NCBI RefSeq assembly: GCF_004010195.1
Contig: NC_057750.1
Coordinates: 14,588,435-14,652,434, forward strand
DNA from: Chiloscyllium plagiosum
Taxonomy: Eukaryota
Length of the DNA stretch: 64,000 nt
Reading direction: 5' to 3'
Position numbers and translations under genes: made by a program. The notes beneath the pieces are model-generated. The model was not told the DNA's origin and searched no databases. It was given only the letters and a program-made list of their open reading frames with translations. Shown piece by piece: positions 38,416 to 49,751 of the stretch. How positions within the stretch are numbered: the stretch's first letter is position 1; every line of letters starts with the position of its first letter.

Positions 38416-39383
38416 AACTCACCTTGGTCCATTTTCTTTCATATCTCCTGCTAACAATGATCGATTAATTTCATAACTTAAATTGATCTAGCATTAGTTG
38501 CCAGTTGTGTGATTAGGAAAATTCCAAATTGTTCTAACACAGAAAAACTACCACGGATAACTCTTACAAGGAATCCGCACAAGTACAATAGGCTAAATTG
38601 ACTCCTTCTATGATTGCCTGTCCTTATTGAGTGATTGTTGAAACAGTGTTGTTGTTGGGTGACCTTGATCCATTTTCCTTCTGAGCTGCTTCTTCTCTCA
38701 AGATTTGTCAAGCACCTGAAGGCGATACCAAACTAAACAATGATGCTTGAGGGCACGTCTCCTGTCAAATGTTTGTATAGTGTCTATGCTATGGTTCCTG
38801 AGTCTAATGTCGTGTTTACCAGCTGTGAAGAGACCGGAGAGTACATGGACTAGTGAGTGCTCAGCTCCTTCTTGACTGATTGGTTGATCTCTCAATTCAT
38901 TGTCCACTTCAGGGACTCAATTGGAGCAAGGATGTGTGGTCCAATCCAGGCTTCCTGGGACCCTCTTAAAAAACTGGGGACACTTGTGAGGCCAGTGGGA
39001 AGACCATCTGAGGATATTTTAATAGCACCCCCCCCAACCTCCTAACCCACTGCCTGCAAACTCACCTATTGAGAGGGGAATGTAAAAGTCTGACCCTGAA
39101 GTCAAATCCAACCATGACAGTTGAGGGATTCAATTAATAAATCTGGAATAAAATGCTAGTCTTCACCTTCTCATGAAAATCCCTGGACTGTTATAGGGAC
39201 CAAACTGATTCACCGATGTCCTTCAGAGAAGGAAATATGCCATCCTTTCCCAGTCTATATTTGACTTCTGATCCATGATAATGTAATTGACCCAACTGAT
39301 GATCTAACAGATCACTATGTTGCCAAAAAGCACTATGGGTGTGCCTTCACCATGTGGATTACTGTGTTCCAAGATGGCCTCTT

Positions 39384-39702
39384 GGGCGGCACGTTGGCAT
39401 AGTTGTTAGCACTGCTGCCTCACAGCGCCAGAGACCCGGGTTCAATTCCCACCTCAGGCGACTGACTGTGTGGAGTTTGCACGTTCTCCCCGTGTCTGTG
39501 TGGGTTTCCTCTGGGTGCTCCAGTTTCCTCCCACAGTCCAAAGATGTGCAGGTCAGGTGAATTGGCCATGCTAGATTGCCTGTAGTGTTAGGTAAGGGGT
39601 AAATGTAGGGGTATGGGTGGGTTGCACTTCGGCGGGTCGGTGTGGACTTGTTGGACAGAAGGGCCTGTTTCCACACTGTAATGTAATGTAATCTAATCTA
39701 AT
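39384..39702 (+). mobile_element. HE1-type V-SINE
   Basis: Full-length. Confidence 0.93.
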
Positions 39703-40460
39703 CATCGTCAGTAAGGGATGGATAATAATGCTAGCATAGCCAGTGATGCCTACACCCCAAGAATTGCTCCCTACAAGGTGTACTGGCTCAGTCTCGGCTC
39801 AAAGTCGGAATTGGGATAGATTTAAATGTCAGCCATAACCTAGGTTGACACTTTAAGATGAATAATGTATAACAGCAAACAACACTCTTACATCAGAGTT
39901 GTTGTTTGAAGCACATCTTTAGATTCTGAGCGCATTATCCAACTTGACAGCCCAAGAACTGGCAACAAAAGTTTGCTGCAATGTTGGATGTAGTGGTCCC
40001 TCTCAGCTGCAAGTAACAGACCCTGTGACACACTTTCAAGGGAACAAAGACAATTCTGATACAAATAATTCCTGAACCAAAATCTCTAAAATATTATCTG
40101 GCCACTATTACAATGTTGCTACTGGGATCTCTTCTGGTCCTGAATTGACTGTGGTGCTGCCTATATCACAGCAGTGACTACACTTTAAAAGTACCTTACT
40201 GGCTATAAAAAAAACTTTGGGATGTTCTGAGGATGTAAAAAGAACAAGTGAAATGCAAAGTTTAATTTCTGTTCATGGCTGGAGGCAATGTTTTTTGGGT
40301 GTGACATTTATTCAAGGTTTTCACTGTTTGAAGAGAAGCTTGGGAAGTTCCCTGTTTTCCTGACTAACCATGCATCCCTGCTTAAAGCCCATAAATCAGT
40401 TATCTCATTGCTTCCTGGCTGCCATATTATCACATTGATGGTGAAATAATTTTTTATAAG

Positions 40461-40806
40461 TTTCTTCATGGGATATGGGGTCACAGGCTAGCTTGGCATT
40501 TATTGTCGATTCCTAATTCCCAGAGAGCAGTTAAAACTCAACCATATTGCTGTGGGTCTGGAATCACATGAAGGCTTGACTGGGTAAGGATGACAATTTC
40601 CCTCTTAAAGGATGTTATGAACCAGATGGGGTTTTAAACAGCAATCAACGGTGGTGACAAGGTTGCTATTTGTCCAGTTTTTTTAAAATTGAAATCAAAT
40701 TTCACCAGCTATCATGGTGGGCTTAGGACCCCTCTCCCTACAACATGAACCCGAGATTCTTGATTACTAAGCCCACTGACATTACCACTATGCCACCAGC
40801 TCACCC
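40461..40806 (-). mobile_element. tRNA-derived SINE (same family as 21937-22469), diverged
   Basis: Reverse complement of head, core and tail. Confidence 0.75.
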
Positions 40807-41954
40807 TGTTTGTGACAATCCTGAAGACATGAAAACACTGTGTAGGTATAGCAATTGCAGTGGATGGTGACCTGTCTCTCAGATGATAACTGGTTCTCTA
40901 TTGTGAAGTCAGTTGACCAATCTGCCATGCCAGAAGAGAAAAACTGATCTGCTCTGAGGCACCGTTCAAACTGGAGCTCCGGTATGTTCATTTCCAAGTA
41001 TTACTGAGTTTTACTGTTCTTTTATCCTTATGGCCTGATCTCAATATTATTCAAGTTCTAGACCAGTGACATTTTAAGTGCAGTGCTTGTTGCTACATTG
41101 GTTGATAAGGGAGAAAGGAAAAAGCAACGTAACATTACAAAGCCTTTCACAACCTCAAGACATCCCTAAGCACTCGCCTCCTTCCTTCCTTCCTTCCCTA
41201 TTTCTTTCTTTCTCTCTTTTCTTTCTTTCTCTAAATTCTTCCTTTCGTCACTCATGTAACCAGATCGTGTATCTGCCATTTTGGAACAGGTGCTGTCCCA
41301 GAGATACAGGTATTTGGGCCCAATGGCAGTAAGTAGGCCCTTCTCTTCGTTGCTGCCATTTGGAAAACACACCCACAGAAGGAGCTAAATGGTTGTAGAG
41401 GAGAAAAACCAGAAATGTACAGAAATAAATGAACAGCTGTTACTGGTGGAACTCCATTTTGATGGTTACAAGACAGATCAGCATTTTATCGTTTCTCAGG
41501 TTCAGGATATTCTTGTTTCCTGTCATTGGGCAGAACAAAGTATCACATGACATGCAGCACAGCAGTAATGTCACCTCCCTAGTTATACATGGGTTCAAGC
41601 CCCAGCATGTTAGCTTGTAGAATTAGAAATTTAATGAATAAGTTCTGGAATTGAAAACTTGCTGATTGTTTTAAAAACCGAGGAAGGAGATCTTTCAAAC
41701 TTATGTGGTCAGCGCTACATTAGACCAATTTCCCTTGGAAGGGGCCCTGGGAGCTGCTCAGTTCCAGGGCAGTTATGGATGGGAAACAAATGATAGCCAA
41801 ATCCCATTAAAGAATAGAGCTTGGCCCAGGATCAAGAGCTTGTGATGAATCTTAGTGAATCCATAAAACCAACTTTAACCTCAAAAAACAAGGCAACCAT
41901 TGCTTGGCTTTTGGTATTTGCTTTTGCTAAATAGATTTGAGAGATCATTATGGG

Positions 41955-42755
41955 TAGTTATAGAGTCATAGAGATATACAGCATGGAAACAGACCCTTCA
42001 GTCCAACTCGTCCATGCCGACCAGGTATCCCAACCCAATCTAGTCCCACCTGCAGCACCTGGTCCATATTTCTCTAAACCCTTCCTATTCATATACCCAT
42101 CCAAATGCCTTTTAAATGTTGCAATTGTACCAGCCTCCACCACTTCCTCTGGCAGCTCATTCCATACACGTACCACCCTCTACCTGAAAAAGTTGCCCCT
42201 TAGGTCTCTTTTACATCTTTCCCCTCTCACCCTAAACCTATGCCCTCTAATTCTAGTCTCCCCCACCCCAGGGAAAAGACTTTGTCTATTTACCCTATCA
42301 ATGCCCCTCATGATTTTATAAACCTCTATGAGGTCACTCCTCAGCCTCCGACGCTCCAGGGAAAACAGCCCCAGCCCATTCAACCTCTCCCTATAGCTCA
42401 AATCCTCCAACCCTGGCAACGTCCTTGTAAATCTTTTCTGAATCCTTTCAGGTTTCACAACATCTTTCCGGTAGGAAGGAGACCAGGATTGCACGCAATA
42501 TTCCAACAGTGGCCTGACCAATGTCCTGTACAGCTGCAACATGACCTCCCAACTCCTGTACTCAATACACTGACCAATAAAGGAAAGCATACCAAATGCC
42601 TTCTTCACTCTCCTATATACCTGCAACTCCACTTTCAAGGAGCTATGAACCTGCACTCAAGGTCTGTTTGTTCAGCAACACTCCCTAGGACCTTACCATT
42701 AAATGTATAAGTCCTGCTAAGATTTGCTTTCCCAAAATGCAGCACCTCACACTTA
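41955..42755 (-). mobile_element. CR1 LINE 3' fragment
   Basis: LYRTLVRPLLEYCVQSWSP, WNELPEEVVEAG. Confidence 0.94.
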
Positions 42756-43254
42756 TCGTGTTGAAACAGAAGAGTTTATGGATGGGAGGAAAGAGCTCAA
42801 AAGTAAAGATATTTAGAATAAATAAACACAATTCGTTGCTCACAACTCAACTCCTTGCAGATGCTACTGTTTATGTTTTAAATTTACTAAGAATGCCAGA
42901 ATAAGTCTCTAATGAAAAACCTATCACTCTCTATCTGACAATCAATTTCAATAATCATTCATAAAGGACACAAAATGAATGAACGTAACAGTCGGGAATG
43001 AGTTTTCTACCAAAGCTATGTCCTCCAACTGGATAGTTGTCCAGATATTAAATGAGTGTCATGTCCAGAATTATTCACACATTCAGAATGTCACCATGTT
43101 TCTGGAAGGAAATCTCTTCACATTGACTGTATCACTTGAATGTGTTTGTTACATGAGAGCTAAATTCAATTACAGCTCCACGCAAGACCTAGCCTACCTC
43201 TTATCATTCGATGCTGGAATAGAATTTTACTCATTCTGGGAAACTTCTTTTGTT

Positions 43255-43590
43255 TTAATTCACTCATGGGACATGGGCATCGCTGGCTGGACCAACATTT
43301 ATTTCTGTCCTTCATTGCCGTTGAGAAGGTGGTAGTGTCCTGGCCGTCCTGAACTACTACTGTCCATTTGGTGTAGGGCAATCCACATTGTTGCCAGGAA
43401 GACAGTTCCAGTATTTAGACACAGCAGCACTGAAGGAACAGCAATATATTTCCAAGTCAGGATGGTGAGTGGCATAGATGGGGATTTGCAGGCCACAGTG
43501 TTCCCATTTATCTGCTGCCCTTGTCATTCTAGAAAGTAGAGGTTGAGGATTTGGAAGGTGCTGTTGAACAAACTTTGGTAAATATTCCAA
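43255..43590 (-). mobile_element. 3' end of an L2/CR1-group LINE inserted in the former 3' UTR of copy B
   Basis: HHPDLEIYCCSF..SKYWNCLP remnant; tail resembles that of the second SINE family. Confidence 0.7.
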
Positions 43591-43776
43591 AACTGTGCAC
43601 TGCAACATCAGCATTACCCACCAGCTCTAACACTGAGGCTAAACTTTGGTCGGAAGAAATGGGTAATGTGTCATTTAAATATAACCCAAGATTTAAGCAT
43701 AGAAATTCCCTAATGAACTCAGAATTCCTCCAATGATTTCCAGAGCTAGTTGATCAGTTTGCTAATCATTAAAGTA

Positions 43777-44578
43777 TTACTGTTGTTCATCAGGCTTAAA
43801 CAGCACATGATAAGTCATCTCATAGGCCTGATTGTACACACAGAGTTTGTAATTGGCTGGATTGTAATTAATACTTTGGAGTCCATCCATGATTTTACCC
43901 ATCTCCACGGAAACCTGATCTTTCTTCCAGTTCTGGTGTCAAATGTGTAGAAAGGTTCCTCAGTCTGTGGCTCACAGGTCAACTGCATACAGAACCCCAC
44001 ATATAAAAGGATTGGTCACACTAGGGTTAAACAGCCTAGTGACCCATGCCTTTTCCACAATGAATGAGACCACATTAATCTTACCAATAACTGCATTTCC
44101 TTCAAGGCAGTAAATGACTCGGACTTTGCTGTGGATGAAACTGGCCTCTACGTCTCGGTATGCGACGCCCGCATAAGAATGCTTGTTATTGAAAGCTGCA
44201 ACTTTAAGAGTCTGCCTCGGTACTTCGCCTATGTTTATGTTATACCTGCACATGTCCCTGGAATTGTAACCATGGTAATGCAAGGAATTATTGTACGAAA
44301 CCATTCCACTTCCCTGTCCTATGTCTGGAAACCTTGAAGAATATCTATAATTGTAAAAGTATTTGGTTATCGGATTTTTGTTGAACAGCAAATCTCTGTA
44401 AGAGTAGTAGAGCCTGAAGGAGGGAAGCGTTCGTCTGTCTGTGCTGAGTGGGGACACCCACTACAGCTCTGAGTCATTGCTGGATGGAGCTGGATCTTTA
44501 ACCGGTCCCCCATATCTATAATTAAAAGCATTACAGCAGGTTCACCCATTTGGAGAAGGCCATTACGACCACAGCTTC
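43777..44578 (-). pseudogene. olfm4: OLFM4-like copy B terminal exon (pseudogenised)
   Basis: aacag|GSCGRNGLLQMGEP..; frameshift near 44525; TAG at 44461-44463; inversion 44122-44148; further indels; ends PANYKLCVYNQAYEMTYHVLFKPDEQQ*. Confidence 0.92.
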
Positions 44579-45012
44579 CTGTTAGCAAAAAAAAAGGAAG
44601 CTCCAGTTCAGCTTTGGGGTACTTACATTTTACAAATTCAATGCTTCAATCTCCAGCAACATGGTATTTTAACGGTAGTGACATTATAATGAAATAGTAT
44701 ACTTCAGGTACACTGTAACAGCTCTAAAACATGTAAAAACATATTTGTAAAACAAAAAATGTACAGAACTGTAGATGCTGGAAATCAGAAATGAAAGCAG
44801 AAATTGCTGAAGAAACTCAGGAGGTCTGGCATCATTTGTAGAGACAAGACAAAGCTTATGTTTCAGGTTCAGCGATTTCTCTGGAACACAGGCAAAAAGT
44901 TAACTCTGCTTACTCTCCACACAAACTGCCAAGCTGCCAAGTTTTACCACAGTTTCTGAAAATATATTTCCATTTGTTTGGTACTACTGAACCTGAGTAT
45001 TTAAGAATAAAG

Positions 45013-45232
45013 TCGAGAGTGTGGTGCTGGAAAAGCACAGCAGGTCAGGCAGCATCCGAGGAGCAGGAAAATCGACATTTCGGGTATAAGCCCTTCATCA
45101 GGAAGGGCTGATGAAGGGCTTATGCCCGAAACATCGATTCTCCTGCTCCTCGGATGCTGCCTGACTTGCTGTACTTTTCCAACACCACACTTTCGACTCT
45201 GATCTCCAGCATCTGCAGTGCTCACTTTCTCC
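45013..45232. mobile_element. PLE family-A inverted pair (hairpin)
   Basis: Reverse-complement arms with two back-to-back hammerhead-like cores; TSD tatttaagaataaag / tatttacgaataaag. Confidence 0.85.
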
Positions 45233-46191
45233 TATTTACGAATAAAGACATTTTATTGACATTTTTCATCTTGCACCCATCAGAATTTTGCAAGAATACA
45301 AATGTAGATGGGAACAATATTTTATACTGTATGACAACAGTGCATTGATTGGTTGCCAAGTAGACTGGTAGTGACATTGTCTTGGAGAATGCACCAGTTA
45401 GGTGATGACTGACAGTTAACTGCTCACCCTTGGTTAAGTTTAAAGAAGGCAGGTTGACTCTGGTCGAGGCATTGCTCTGAGGACAAAAATAAAGAATGTC
45501 TGTCCCCTATTTTGTTAAGTTGAAACAGGAGCAGTGTGTGCATATGTTCATTCTACCTTTGTAGGGTTAGTGTATTAAAATTTGTCGTTTCCAGTGCACA
45601 CAAATGTGTTATATTGCCAGCCCCTTTGACAATCCTAAATTCATTTTCAGCATAATTCTGAGCACATTCTGGATCACTTCATAAATGTCCAGTCAAATCT
45701 ACTGTATTTTGAAATTTGTAAACACAGGTAGGATTGGCATAGACAGTGCCTTGCCTGTTGCCAAAAGGGCAAGCTACTCGATACCACCCAACAGCCTTTG
45801 TGACATATGTTCTTCAAACCCAGTGTCACATTGGCCCTGAAATGTATATGCCACATTACTCAATTGGGCAATAGATGTTTGTTTGGCTTGATGACAGAAC
45901 TCACTTACTTGCGGACAACGCTTACTGTAGTTTCAGTATAAAACAGCTTCAAAGATTCAATACCGTCTAAGTGAAAGAAAATTCCTCCTTGTCTCAGTCC
46001 TACTTGGCTTGGTCCTTATTCTGAGAATGTATCCCTTGGTTCTAGACCACCTCCCCTCCACCAAACTCAGTAGGCGAAACAGCCTTCCTGCATCCACCCT
46101 GTCAGAAGTTTGTGTGCTTCAGTGAGATCTTCTTTGGTGATCTGGCAGCGTTATTTTACTTCATCGCCCTTATCTTTCATTGATTACTCAC

Positions 46192-46343
46192 CATAGTCAA
46201 CAGAGGTCAAAAGTTGGGGAAGCATGTACTTCCTCACATTCCGTGAGCGGTTTCCTCAGCAATGCAATTTCTTTGCGGAATGTCAGCATGTTTTGTGTGT
46301 CAAATGACTCCAGCTCGCTGACAGTACGTGACATATTTGTAAA
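46192..46343 (-). pseudogene. olfm4: OLFM4-like copy B penultimate exon (+1 frameshift, in-frame TGA)
   Basis: tttcag|FTNMSRTVSELESFDTQNMLTFRKEIALLRKPLTECEEVHASPT..|gtgagt; 152 nt versus 151 in copy A. Confidence 0.9.
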
Positions 46344-46962
46344 CTGAAATACATCAGGCATTTAAAAACAATTCAATCAAAGGAACATTAGGAAGCTATT
46401 CTGAAGCATACCATACCTCTGTCAACCCCAGTATCCTGTTTGCCTGAGGTAGGTCTCCATCCCTTCATGATGTGGAGGTGCCAGTGTTGGACTGGGGTGG
46501 ACAAAGTTAAAATTCACAGGTTATAGTCCAACTGGTCCAATAGTCACTAGCTACCTGATGATGGAGCAGTGCTCTGAAAGCTTGTACCTCCAAGTAAACC
46601 TGTTGGAGGTACAACCTGGTGTTGTGTGATTTTGACTTTGTCCATTCATACAGACATCTGCAAAGACTGACAATTTTGGGCACTCTCATGGAAAAAGTAT
46701 GCAAATGGAAGAGAGCTAATAGAAATGCCCTAGTTACAGTTGAAAGCAGAGGAATAAAAAGCAAGTGCTTGTTGCCACACAGAGGGGTGGACAACAGAAA
46801 TGAGGGATTGAACGAGGATGGTGAGATTGCTTCTGGGATGATGTCAAAGCTAATGAGAAGGAAATACCTCACACTTATACAAAAACATCGCTTGTGACTT
46901 TGAGCTGCTTTGGTGTTCTAAAAGGGTGCAAACTGGATTCGAGAGATTCATGGAAGATATTA

Positions 46963-47285
46963 GGAGAAAGTGAGGACTGCAGATGCTGGAGATCAGAGTC
47001 AACGAGTGTGGCGTTGGAAAAGCAGGCTGCATCCAAGGAGCAGGAGAGTTAACGTTTCAGGCATAAGCTCTTCATCAGGAATGGGGAGTGGGGAGGTGGG
47101 GAAGGTGGCCCAAGGGGGCTGTGAAATAAATGGGGGGGATGTGGGGCTGGAAGAAGGTAGCTGGGAATGCAATAGGTTGATGAAAGTGGGGGTTGATGAA
47201 AGTGGGGGTTGATAGTGATGAAGCAGAGAGTGAGGTGAATAGGTGGGAAGGAAAATGGACAGGTAAGACAGTTCAAGAGGGCACT
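46963..47285 (-). mobile_element. PLE family-A 3' fragment
   Basis: Family-A repeat followed by a purine-rich body on the plus strand. Confidence 0.75.
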
Positions 47286-49712
47286 GAAATTAAGGCAACA
47301 TTTAACTAAGAACCCACAATGAGAGAAGTTCACTAAGTCCCAATGCAGTTCACCACGTGACTTTTATTACTTTCACCAGAGGAGGTGGTGGAGACTAATA
47401 CAATTACAACATTTGAAAGGATTCAGGATGGGAATGTCAATAGAAAGAATTTAGATATGGGCCAAATGCTGGCAAACGGGACTAGATTAATTGGGGATAT
47501 CTGGTCAGCATGGATGTGTTGTACCGAAGGGTCTGTTTCCATGCTGTACAGCTCTGTGACTCTGACTCTGAAGGTTGACTAGCTGTGACTAAGAATTCTA
47601 GCATATCCAATCTCTTCAAAAATATGTATTGATAACTCTTTGGTTGCTTAATAATATTTTACTAAAAGAGTGAATTTTGGATTACAACGATGGTTGCAAT
47701 ATATTACAATATAGATTATGGGTCATTAAAATGGTCAATTCACTTATGTACAAAGCTGTGATGGAGATAGAAAATGTTGTCACTTCTGTGCTTAGAATTC
47801 TGGGACTTGGCATGAGTGCGCCAGGTTTGTAGGCTACTTAGGAATGGGTTATATACACTGTGATACTTCAAGCCCACCCAAAAATAGACATGATATACAA
47901 ATAAATGTGGTAATACATCCAAATCAAACAAGTGGAATCAATAACAAGATGCGATGGGAATACTGAAAAAGCCAGTGAAGTGTGCTCTCTTGATACATTT
48001 TTAATCACCTTCAGCATGATTAGGGGGCCAAAATAAAAATTCAAGGTATTGAAAGCTTTCGATGACAATGTCATCACTGATATAAACACAAGCACCCTTG
48101 TTGGAGCTTGTAGGGACTGTTGCAAGCTGAGCAGATTTGCATTGCACTAGGCACATCTGCATGGAGTGTAATTTCTGTTAATGGATCAGTGCAGGGCCTG
48201 ACTTCCGTACATCGTGCAACAACTAAGTTCCGTATGTCAATAAAAAATACACAGTTAAAGTCGCAGTCCTTGGCATTGACCTGTGGACAGAATGCACATC
48301 CAGGGAAAACTGGCACCTTCCCAAAAAAAACCTGACAAAATCCTATTCTTCAATCCAGAAGACTGAGGAACATACTCTGGCAAACCACAGATTTTGGCAC
48401 AAAGGGAACGAGTTGTGTTGCCAAACCTGCGTTTTCCACACCAGATTTAACCTTCATCACATTTACTAATATCATTGTTCCTTTTGCATTGATATCCTCT
48501 CTGATGGGTTTATCAGGAAGTAAGAGCTTTCAAAGTGCTTGTTGGACTATAACCTGGCGTTGTGTCATTTTTAACTTTGTCCACCCCAGTCCAACACCGG
48601 CACCTCCACATCATCCTCTGCAATGGCATTGTCACTTTGATGCTTGGTTGTTCAAGTTATTATAGAAGCTTACAAACCTGGCAATTCATGCTAAGTTCCC
48701 AGAATTCTAACAGAATTTTCTAACTTCACCACAGATTTGGTAGCACTCTGGACAAATCTCAGTAGCGTTCCATTAAGCCCTTTGAATGAAAAGTGGCTGG
48801 TGAAGCAAAGTGTTCTTGATGTGTGCCAGTCAGGGGCAGTTTGGCCATGATCATTAATGTGAGCCATTCAGGGTCAATTAGGGACGGTTTTCTATTATGG
48901 AGGGCCAAGGGCAATGTGTTGGTTGTTTTGTTCACAGACCCAGTCTGCGAGGAGGGGCAATTTGGGCTTCAGATTTAGAGAACAGTAGTAGGTATATTGT
49001 GACATAGTAGGTAATGTCCAATTACACCCTCTTTATTGTTGCATCTCGATGTTAGTGAGATCATCGCCCCTGCTGTGCCTGCAGTCCCAGGGGAGTTCTG
49101 CTCTGTGGTGTGCTCAGTAAAAGCCTCACCAGCCACTGTTGGCCATTTCCACTCCCAGTGATGCTAATAGGGAAGTTCTGATATGCCCAATGAAGTTGGG
49201 GGGGAGGGGTGTGGATGAGGAAAATTTATGGCAAAGATCTTGAAGATAAGCATGACATTTCTTTACTCACAACCCTAAACGCTAGAATACACAGTAAGGT
49301 GAGGCATTTACATTGGTTGTTAAGCAATCAGTCCTGGATGCCTGAAATAGAGAGTCTTGCAGCCATACATCTTGTCGATGACAAGTAATGATGTTGACCT
49401 ATTTTACAATGTTCCAATTGGCACATGATTTGTGACCTCCACTTTCATGGTATGGCACTGACAATGATTATTCTAATATGTGTTTCCAGGAAACTGGTAA
49501 GCCATGAGATGAGCATTTTAAAGAACAAAACTGCGCCCACTTCCCTTGTGCTTATCCTTCCATGTAGATTTTTCCCAGAATCCCCTGCTGAACTGAACTG
49601 CAAAGTCTTTCTAATAAAAGCAAATTACTGCGGATGCTGGAATCTGAAACCAAAAAAGAGAAAATGCTGGAAAATCTCAGCAAGTCTGGCAGCATCGGTA
49701 AGGAGAGAAAAG

Positions 49713-49751
49713 AACTGACGTTTCGAGTCTAACTGACCCTTTGTCAAAGCT
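49713..49751 (-). ncRNA. Variant minimal hammerhead motif with U3-A8 core (PLE family D repeat, ~49615-49751)
   Basis: AGCT-TTGACAA-A-GGGTC-AGTTA-GACTC-GAAA-CG-TC-AGTT on the minus strand. Confidence 0.65.

Noticed and set aside
38420..38520. Candidate OLFM4 exon 2 (ends RRYERKWTK|gtgagt)
   Set aside because: In-frame stop just upstream and no CxC..LPD..FP motif
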